From a bacterium (GTDB taxonomy: Bacteria > UBP7 > UBA6624 > JBBIMK01): a DNA stretch of 32,000 nucleotides. Under the pieces are notes generated by a model that saw only the letters and a program-made list of their open reading frames with translations, was not told where the DNA came from and did not search any database. The translations under genes were made by a program, and so were the position numbers. Below, piece by piece: positions 25,393 to 32,000 of the stretch. Numbering within the stretch: position 1 is the stretch's first letter; every line of letters begins with the position of its first letter. Where the stretch lies: positions 32,438-64,437 of the forward strand of contig JBBIMK010000009.1 in NCBI GenBank assembly GCA_037444445.1, read 5' to 3'.

Positions 25393-28044
25393 TCACCTTC
25401 CTCCGTAAGGCGAGGGTCCCAATAGTTGAAGGAACAGAGAGTCAGCAGCGTTCTGGATGGCCAACGAGAGAGAATCCACCTTCTTCCCCCCCGCCTGTGC
25501 AAAGTGGTCCTGACCTCCTCCCTCTCCCTGAATGATATCCCGAACCTCATGGATAATCGTGCGAGCCGACACCCCTTCCTTCATCAGATTCGGTCCTATG
25601 GCCACCACCACATACGCTTTCTTCTCGTGGACACACCCCAGTACCACCGCCTTATCCGGGTTTCTCCGGATGAACAGCCCGGCCACATCTGCCAGTTCCT
25701 TAGGGGTCACATCCTCTAATTCTTTATACCCGACAGCATTCCCAATTTTTTCCAGGTGGTCCAGAGATTCCACCAGCGTGCGGGCTTTCCATCTCTGTAC
25801 CTGTTTCCGCAGCCCTTCCAGCAGGCGTTGATGTTCCAGGAATTTCTTTTCCAACGATATGATGGGGGTAGAAAGGTGGCGGGAAAGGGCTCGGAGAATG
25901 CGGTCGGAGTGCTGAACCCACCGGAGAGCCTCCAGCCCGGTGACAGCCTCCAGACGCCGGAGCCCGGCCCCCACTCCTTCCTCGCCGGTAATCTTAAAAA
26001 ATCCCACTTCATGCGTCCTGTCTAAATGGGTTCCTCCGCATAACTCCCGGGAAATTCCTTCTACTTCCACCACACGAACCGTGCTACCATACTTCTCCCC
26101 GAACAGAGCCACCGCTCCAGAAGCCATTGCTTCTTCATACGATTTCTCCTCGGCTTTCACCGGATGATTCTGGAAAATCCACTCGTTCACCTTTTGCTCC
26201 AGTTCCTCCAGTTGCTCCTGGGATATAGGGTGCAAAGCATGAACATCAAACCGGAGAAGGTCAGGTCCAACGAGGGAGCCAGCCTGGGTGGCGCCCTCTC
26301 CCAGCAGGTTCCGCAAGGCGGAGTGGAGAAGATGAGTGGCCGTATGAGCACGACGAATGGCCGCCCGCCGTTGCCCGTCCACTTTTGCTTCCACCTCTTC
26401 GCCTACCCTCACATCCCCGTTCAGAATTCTACCATAGTGCAGGATGGTTCCCATCTCGTGTCGGGTGTCCAGAACCTCAATCCGGGCATCCGTGAGGAGG
26501 CTTTTAATCTCGCCGGTGTCGCCCATTTGCCCCCCCGCTTCCGCATAAAAGGGCGTTACATCTAAAGCCACAATAATTTCGTCATTTTTCCGACGGATAT
26601 ATTGAATGTGCGCCGGGCTCTCCAGACGCTGGTAACCCACAAATTGGGACGCCCGGGGTTCCCCCGCTGCCGCCCACTCCTCAGAAGCCACCCGGTGAGC
26701 CCGGCGCCCCCTTTCCCTCTGCCGTTCCATCTCCCGCTGATACCCCTCTTCATCCACCTTCAGCCCTTGCTCTCTCGCCATCTCTATGGTCAACTCCAGC
26801 GGGAATCCGTAGGTATCGTAGAGAGCGAATGCCACCTCACCGGGAAGGGTGTCCTCCCTCAGCCCCGAAATTTTTTCCTCAAAATATCTCGTGCCTACTT
26901 CCAGCGTCCGGAAGAATGCCGTTTCTTCCGCTTCAATGGCTTTCCAGATGAGATAACTTCTCTCCCGAAAGTTCGGCAAATAAGTCATATCCATGTCAGT
27001 GGATTTCCCCACCAGGGTATTGACCCCGGTGTGGAAAAAGGGGCGGGACATTCCCATCTTCACGCCGTAGCGGACAGCCCGTCGGATGAGCCGCCGAACC
27101 ACATATCCGTGTTTCACATTGCTGGGACGGATATTCTCTGCCATGGTGAAACACACCGCCCGTAGATGGTCGGCACAAATCTGCGCCACTTTCACTCTTT
27201 CCTTCGGGTCCTTTTTCTCAAACAGGTTCAAATAATGTTGAACAAGAGGGGCCAGAAGATGGGTCTCAAATACCGAAGTATAGCCATTGACGACGGCACA
27301 AAGACGCTCCAGCCCCATGCCCGTGTCCACGCCCCGCTCCGGTAAACGCTCCAGCTTCCCCTCTCCCCGACGGTTGTATTCCATAAACACCAGGTTCCAG
27401 ATTTCCAGGCTCTTCTCCTCATCTCCCGGTAGTGCCTTCTCCGTCAGGCGGTAGTATATCTCTGTGCACGGGCCACAGGGTCCGGTCTCCCCCATCTTCC
27501 AGAAATTATCCTCTTTGCCCCGAGCCAGAATCCGGTCCGCGGGAATCCCCGCTTCACGCCAGAAATCCCGACTCTCTTCATCCGCTGGAACCTCCTCATC
27601 TCCCTGAAATACGGTCACCCACAGTCGGTTCGGGTCCATCTTCAGAAATTCCGTTAGAAACTCCAGTGCCATAAATATGGCTTGAGCCTTAAAATAACTT
27701 TTGGAGCCGAAGGAAAAATTGCCCAGCATCTCAAAAAAAGTCAGGTGCCGTGGGGTGGTGCCCACCTTCTCCACATCCGTGGTCCGTAAGCAGGGCTGGC
27801 AGGTAACGAGGCGTGGAAAAGGTGGCGCTTTTACCCCCAGATAGTATGGCTTGTATTGCGCCATACCTGCATTGGTGAACAACAGAGAAGGGTCATCCCT
27901 GAGCACCAGTGGAGCCGGCATCTCCTCCCTGTGGTCCAGATTTTTATAGACAGGGCGGGTGCGAAAATAAACCAGAAACTCCCTCCGCAGGGTTGAAGCA
28001 TCCGCCACGCTTTCTTTCGATTCAAACCGTCCTCTCTTCATCAT
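25393..28044 (-). CDS. alaS: Alanine--tRNA ligase
   Basis: ORF of 883 aa. Motifs: DPSLLFTNAGMAQYK, RHLTFFEMLGNFSFG, editing-domain HTATHLLH and CGGTH, C-terminal GGGQDHFAQAGG. Confidence 0.97.
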   Translation of the reverse strand: MMKRGRFESKESVADASTLRREFLVYFRTRPVYKNLDHREEMPAPLVLRDDPSLLFTNAGMAQYKPYYLGVKAPPFPRLVTCQPCLRTTDVEKVGTTPRHLTFFEMLGNFSFGSKSYFKAQAIFMALEFLTEFLKMDPNRLWVTVFQGDEEVPADEESRDFWREAGIPADRILARGKEDNFWKMGETGPCGPCTEIYYRLTEKALPGDEEKSLEIWNLVFMEYNRRGEGKLERLPERGVDTGMGLERLCAVVNGYTSVFETHLLAPLVQHYLNLFEKKDPKERVKVAQICADHLRAVCFTMAENIRPSNVKHGYVVRRLIRRAVRYGVKMGMSRPFFHTGVNTLVGKSTDMDMTYLPNFRERSYLIWKAIEAEETAFFRTLEVGTRYFEEKISGLREDTLPGEVAFALYDTYGFPLELTIEMAREQGLKVDEEGYQREMERQRERGRRAHRVASEEWAAAGEPRASQFVGYQRLESPAHIQYIRRKNDEIIVALDVTPFYAEAGGQMGDTGEIKSLLTDARIEVLDTRHEMGTILHYGRILNGDVRVGEEVEAKVDGQRRAAIRRAHTATHLLHSALRNLLGEGATQAGSLVGPDLLRFDVHALHPISQEQLEELEQKVNEWIFQNHPVKAEEKSYEEAMASGAVALFGEKYGSTVRVVEVEGISRELCGGTHLDRTHEVGFFKITGEEGVGAGLRRLEAVTGLEALRWVQHSDRILRALSRHLSTPIISLEKKFLEHQRLLEGLRKQVQRWKARTLVESLDHLEKIGNAVGYKELEDVTPKELADVAGLFIRRNPDKAVVLGCVHEKKAYVVVAIGPNLMKEGVSARTIIHEVRDIIQGEGGGQDHFAQAGGKKVDSLSLAIQNAADSLFLQLLGPSPYGGR

Positions 28045-28075
28045 TACCAGAATAATTATATCAGGTGCCGGCTCA

Positions 28076-29194
28076 TCACAGGCGAACGAGGTATGGATTT
28101 TCCCATCGGAGCGAGAGAAGAAGCGTCACCACCAGGAGAATTCCATTGGGAAGCCAGGCGGCAATCACAGGAGACAGGGCTCCCCCCTGCCCTACCCGGA
28201 TGGTTACCGTTACCAGGATGTAGTAAATGAGAGCAATCACGGCGGAGACCCCCAGTCCTATTCCAGACCCGGAACGCTCCCGGGTTACCCCCAGCGGCAC
28301 CCCCAGCAAAGCAAAAACAAAACTGGCAAAAGGAATAGCCACTTTCAGGTGCAGTTGAGTTTCCCATTTTTTTACCACTTCCGGCTCTATCCCGGCGAGC
28401 TTCAGGTGTTGAATGTACCGTCGGAGTTCCCGATGAGTCATCTGCTCTGGTGCCAGGGTTTCTTTCATAGCCTCCTCCAGGGTCCTGGAGAAATCTACAT
28501 TCAGGCGAGAGAAGTCCGTGTTTAGTGAGCGTCCGTCAGGGAAGAATTGAGTTAACCTTCCGTTAAAGAGTTCCCATTTTCCAGGCGAAGAGGGTTGAGC
28601 CCTTTCCGCTGTAGCCAGTTGTCCGGGTTTTCCCTGCTTATCAAATTCTATCCAGGTGATGGCGTAGAGCACGCCGCCCTGCAATTTCGTGGCGTAAATC
28701 ACTCTCTGAACCACATTCCCCACCTTCTCCGGGAGAATGATATTTTCTGCTTCTACGGCTGGCTTTCGGAGGGCATCTGCTTTCACGCGTTCAAATTCCA
28801 CCGCCGCCCACGGCACCAGGGTCTCGTTCAACACCAGCCCCGCCAGGCTCACGAATACACCGAAAAAGGCAAATGAACTCAGAATTTGAAAAAATCCTAA
28901 CCCCGTAGCCAGTAAGGCGGTAAACTCCCCTCGGGAGGAAAGCCGATTGGCTGTTAAAAGAGCCGCCAGCAATAACCCCATGGGCAGAGAATAGGTGATT
29001 GCCTGCGGGACGCCTAACAGAAAAAGCACACCCACATAGGATATATGAACCTTATGCTCCACCAGAAGAGAAAGTAAAGGGCGCAGCAAAAGGATGGAAA
29101 TCATCAGGGTGGAAAAAGCCAATACACCAAAAATGAACAGGGGAAATAATTCTGTCAGGATGATTTTATTTTTCAGGCTGAAGTGGAATAACAT
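28076..29194 (-). CDS. LPS export ABC permease, LptF/LptG (YjgP/YjgQ) family
   Basis: ORF of 372 aa. Three N-terminal TM segments, a central soluble (periplasmic) domain, then three C-terminal TM segments. The ATG overlaps the lptB stop by 1 nt (TAATG). Confidence 0.8.
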   Translation of the reverse strand: MLFHFSLKNKIILTELFPLFIFGVLAFSTLMISILLLRPLLSLLVEHKVHISYVGVLFLLGVPQAITYSLPMGLLLAALLTANRLSSRGEFTALLATGLGFFQILSSFAFFGVFVSLAGLVLNETLVPWAAVEFERVKADALRKPAVEAENIILPEKVGNVVQRVIYATKLQGGVLYAITWIEFDKQGKPGQLATAERAQPSSPGKWELFNGRLTQFFPDGRSLNTDFSRLNVDFSRTLEEAMKETLAPEQMTHRELRRYIQHLKLAGIEPEVVKKWETQLHLKVAIPFASFVFALLGVPLGVTRERSGSGIGLGVSAVIALIYYILVTVTIRVGQGGALSPVIAAWLPNGILLVVTLLLSLRWENPYLVRL

Positions 29195-29985
29195 TAGCCA
29201 GTGGGGGCGGAAGGAGAGGGTGGCAGAGATTCCTTCGGCGCTTCCTGAAGTTCTTCCGGCACCCGAAAATGCCGACCCAGGTAGTATTCCTTGGCCACCG
29301 GGTCCTCCGCCACCTGCCGGGATGTGCCCGACAGGAGGATGCGTCCCTGGTGCATGATATACACTCGGTCGCAGATGGCAAGAGTCTCACGAACATTGTG
29401 GTCGGTCACCAGAAGGCCCACACCCCGGCTCTCTCTCAGCCGGCGGATGATTTGCTGGAGGTCCTGGATCGCGATGGGGTCCACGCCGGTAAAGGGTTCA
29501 TCCAGCAGGAGGAAGGAAGGACTGGTGGCCAGGGCCCTGGCAATTTCCACCCTCCGCCTCTCCCCGCCGGACAAGGCATATCCTTTCTGCTGTTTCAGTT
29601 CCGTAAGCCCCATTTCACTCAAAATCTGCTGAGCAGTTTCCTGTCGTTCCTTCTTCTTTTTCCCCAGTACTTCCAGCACGAGGAGGACATTCTCTTCCAC
29701 AGTGAGTTTGCGAAAGACGGAAGGCTCCTGGGCAAGGTAGCCGATGCCCATTCGGGCTCTGCGATGCACCGGCACCCTCGTAATGTCCTTCCCGTCCATA
29801 AACACCCGCCCCCGACTGGGGGGGATTAACCCCGTGAGCATATAAAAGGTGGTGGTCTTCCCGGCCCCGTTGGGTCCTAAAAGCCCCACGATTTCACCCT
29901 GGTTCACCTCTATCTGAACGGAATCTACTACCCTCTTCCGCCCATAGCGCTTCACCAGGTCTCGCCCTTCCAGTTTCTGGTTCAT
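29194..29985 (-). CDS. lptB: LPS export ABC transporter ATP-binding protein LptB
   Basis: ORF of 263 aa. Walker A GPNGAGKTTTFYM, signature LSGGERRRVEIARALA, Walker B FLLLDEPF, H-loop TDHN. It carries a Pro/Ser-rich C-terminal extension of about 20 aa. Confidence 0.88.
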   Translation of the reverse strand: MNQKLEGRDLVKRYGRKRVVDSVQIEVNQGEIVGLLGPNGAGKTTTFYMLTGLIPPSRGRVFMDGKDITRVPVHRRARMGIGYLAQEPSVFRKLTVEENVLLVLEVLGKKKKERQETAQQILSEMGLTELKQQKGYALSGGERRRVEIARALATSPSFLLLDEPFTGVDPIAIQDLQQIIRRLRESRGVGLLVTDHNVRETLAICDRVYIMHQGRILLSGTSRQVAEDPVAKEYYLGRHFRVPEELQEAPKESLPPSPSAPTG

Positions 29986-30053
29986 GCCCTCACACCTGAA
30001 AATACTCTGATTTTATGAATGGATTATTCTCCCCTTTTATTCCATGAAAGAAT

Positions 30054-30126
30054 AGCCGGCGGGCGGACTTGAACCGCCAACCTGCTGATTACGAATCAGC
30101 CGCTCTGCCGATTGAGCTACACCGGC
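30054..30126 (-). tRNA. tRNA-Thr (anticodon CGU); no encoded CCA
   Basis: Minus-strand sequence: GCCGGTG-TA-GCTC-AATCGGC-AGAGC-G-GCTGA-TTCGTAA-TCAGC-AGGTT-GGCGG-TTCAAGT-CCGCC-CGCCGGC-T. The cloverleaf has a 7-bp acceptor stem (one G-U pair), a 5-bp anticodon stem, anticodon loop TT-CGT-AA, and a canonical T-arm. Confidence 0.9.
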
Positions 30127-30183
30127 ATCCTATCACCGCAAATATCATATCATAATCCGTTGAGATAAAATAGAGTTCAGAAG

Positions 30184-31800
30184 ATGAATCGCATCGTCCT
30201 CTGGGGATTTATGGGGTCCGGGAAAACCACCGTGGGGAAACTCCTTGCCCAATATCTGGGCTGGAAATTCGTGGATGTGGATGAGGAAATCTGCCAGAGA
30301 ACTGGAAAATCTATCCCTGAATTTTTTCAGCAACAGGGGGAGGAGGCTTTTCGCACCCTTGAATCTCGCATCATTCGCTCCCTTTCTCACCGCTCAAAAG
30401 TGGTGATAGCCCCCGGCGGCGGAGCAGTGATGGAAACAGAAAATGTCATCGCCCTTCAGCCCCACAGCCTGATGGTTCACCTTTCCGCATCACCAGAAAC
30501 CCTGCTCCAGAGGTTAAAAAAGGTGAAGACCCGCCCCCTGTTGTTGAAAGGTAAGTCCGTCCGCCAGAACATCCTCCGCCTTCTCGCTCTCCGACAGCCT
30601 TCCTATGACCGAATCCCTTTCCGGGTTCCCACCGACGACAAAACTCCTGTGGAAGTGGCGCAAGAGATTCTCACTTTGCTTCCTTCCCGGATGGAGGAAC
30701 TCACCCCGAAATCCCCTCGCTTGCCCACGAAAGTCTGGCTGGGAAGGGGCATCACCGCTCATCTCGGTGATTTCCTCAAGATGGCTTCCTGCACCCCAAA
30801 GGTGCTTTTTCTCTCCGACCCGAAAGTGCCTCCTTTCTTCCGCCTTCAGGCAAAAACCTCTCTTTTTCTCTCTAACTTTCAGGTGCACGAAAGGTTATTC
30901 TCTTCTGGAGAAGAATTAAAAAATCTTTCCTTCGCACAAAAAATCTGGTCTGCTCTGTTTGAAATTCAAGCGGATAGAAGAACTCCTGTGGTGGTGATGG
31001 GCGGCGGAACCCTCACCGATGTGGCTGGTTTCGCCGCCTCCACCTTCCTCCGCGGCCTGCCCCTGATTCTCATTCCCACCACTCTTCTTGCTCAGGTGGA
31101 TGCCTCCATCGGCGGTAAAAATGCCCTCCACTTCCATTCTATAATCAATCAAATCGGAACCTTCTATTTCCCCGCCATCGTCCTCATTGACCCCCTGTTT
31201 CTGCTGGACCTTCCGGAGAAAGAAATCCAATCCGGTATGGCAGAGGCAGTGAAAGCAAGTATCGTGGCTAACCCCTCCCTTTTTGCGTTCATCCAGAAAA
31301 ATGCAGGTGGCATCCTGAATAGAAATCTCCAGGTGCTGGAGAAAGTAATTCGGTCCGCTGTGGGTGTGAAAATGAGGGTGGTGGAAGAGGACCCTTACGA
31401 GAAAGGCAGGCGGAGGGTGTTGAACCTGGGGCATACTTTTGCCCACGCCCTCGTTTCTGCTTATCCATTTCTTTCTCACGGTGAGGCTGTATCCATTGGG
31501 CTGGTTCTTTCCGCCCGCCTTTCATCCGCCCTCCGTCAGGCTTCCCCATCCCTTGTGAAAACTGTAGTTGCCCTCCTGAGAAAATTGAAACTCCCTACCT
31601 CACCACCGCCTCGCTTTTCTTCTAACCCCCACTTTCAAAAGGCTTTATCTCTGGATAAAAAGCGGAAGGGTGAAATTCTTACCCTCGTTCTCCCCGTTCA
31701 AATCGGGAAAGTCCGCCTCGCTCCTGTCCACCCATCTGCCCTGCTCAAATTCCTGAGATGCAAAGAAATGAAGCGTCCTCTAAAGGGGAATGAAATATGA
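30184..31800 (+). CDS. aroKB: Bifunctional shikimate kinase / 3-dehydroquinate synthase (AroK-AroB fusion)
   Basis: ORF of 538 aa. The N-terminal ~165 aa carry shikimate kinase motifs WGFMGSGKTTVGKLLA and DVDEEI. The rest is AroB-like: VVMGGGTLTDVAGFAASTFLRGLPLILIPTTLLAQVDASIGGK, LNLGHTFAHAL, HGEAVSIGL. Confidence 0.9.
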   Translation: MNRIVLWGFMGSGKTTVGKLLAQYLGWKFVDVDEEICQRTGKSIPEFFQQQGEEAFRTLESRIIRSLSHRSKVVIAPGGGAVMETENVIALQPHSLMVHLSASPETLLQRLKKVKTRPLLLKGKSVRQNILRLLALRQPSYDRIPFRVPTDDKTPVEVAQEILTLLPSRMEELTPKSPRLPTKVWLGRGITAHLGDFLKMASCTPKVLFLSDPKVPPFFRLQAKTSLFLSNFQVHERLFSSGEELKNLSFAQKIWSALFEIQADRRTPVVVMGGGTLTDVAGFAASTFLRGLPLILIPTTLLAQVDASIGGKNALHFHSIINQIGTFYFPAIVLIDPLFLLDLPEKEIQSGMAEAVKASIVANPSLFAFIQKNAGGILNRNLQVLEKVIRSAVGVKMRVVEEDPYEKGRRRVLNLGHTFAHALVSAYPFLSHGEAVSIGLVLSARLSSALRQASPSLVKTVVALLRKLKLPTSPPPRFSSNPHFQKALSLDKKRKGEILTLVLPVQIGKVRLAPVHPSALLKFLRCKEMKRPLKGNEI

Positions 31801-31870
31801 CAGCTTATTCATCTATGAACCTTGTGAACGGCTGGCTGGAATCCGATTTTACCCTTTATGCGAATCTGCC

Positions 31871-31899
31871 CCGGAAGTCTCCACTTACGGTTGTTTTTT
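31871..31899 (+). terminator. Candidate rho-independent terminator after aroKB
   Basis: CCGGAAGT-CTCC-ACTTACGG (8-bp stem with one mismatch) followed by TTGTTTTTT, about 70 nt after the stop codon. Confidence 0.5.
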
Positions 31900-32000
31900 A
31901 GCGAATTTTTTTGGGGGAACTGTTACCAGTTCTCCCGGCCCAGGAGGGCCTATGGATACAGGATTGGGATAGATGTATTGTTTAAGGATACGCCCCCCTT

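Noticed and set aside
30145-30390. An 81-aa minus-strand ORF antisense to the aroK start region.
   Set aside because: It lies opposite the well-supported P-loop region of aroK and would run through the divergent promoter region. It carries no motifs.
31790-31972. A 60-aa plus-strand ORF overlapping the aroKB stop.
   Set aside because: It has no Shine-Dalgarno site, spans the predicted aroKB terminator, and has an uninformative composition. It is most likely non-coding.

Overview
The window is almost entirely coding. About 25 genes run on the minus strand from ~29985 down to 35, with very short or overlapping junctions. Only a tRNA-Thr (minus) and a plus-strand aroK-aroB fusion lie beyond that array.

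Gene order in the direction of transcription:
- lptB and an lptF/G-type permease, then alaS.
- A small glycan module: a GH-like protein, a GT4 glycosyltransferase and a WbaP-like initiating transferase.
- A MoxR ATPase, a DUF58 protein and a TgpA-like transglutaminase.
- A type IV pilus / type II secretion-like locus: pilB, pilT, pilC, three tandem very large pilin-like paralogs, an intrinsic terminator, then a second PilT-family ATPase.
- A frameshifted GT-C-like membrane glycosyltransferase.
- groES-groEL behind a consensus sigma70 promoter and a CIRCE operator.
- An envelope module: a lipoprotein/polytopic membrane protein, a BON protein, a catalytically dead HtrA paralog and an intact HtrA.

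The LPS-export genes suggest a diderm bacterium, and GGAGG Shine-Dalgarno sites are strong and frequent. I cannot assign a taxon from sequence alone. I saw no rRNA, CRISPR array, transposase or integrase.

The most unusual content is the pilC-to-pilin operon:
- It encodes three 364-389 aa, Cys-rich, GspG-like prepilins whose large insertions I cannot place in any family.
- Two of them are preceded by short conserved upstream ORFs whose TGA stop overlaps the pilin GTG start.
- PilB carries an exact MshEN-type c-di-GMP-binding motif.
- The GT-C-like gene just beyond the second PilT-family ATPase gene (7907..9028) is broken at a G8 homopolymer tract.

All functional calls rest on motif recognition by eye. 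No database search was possible.
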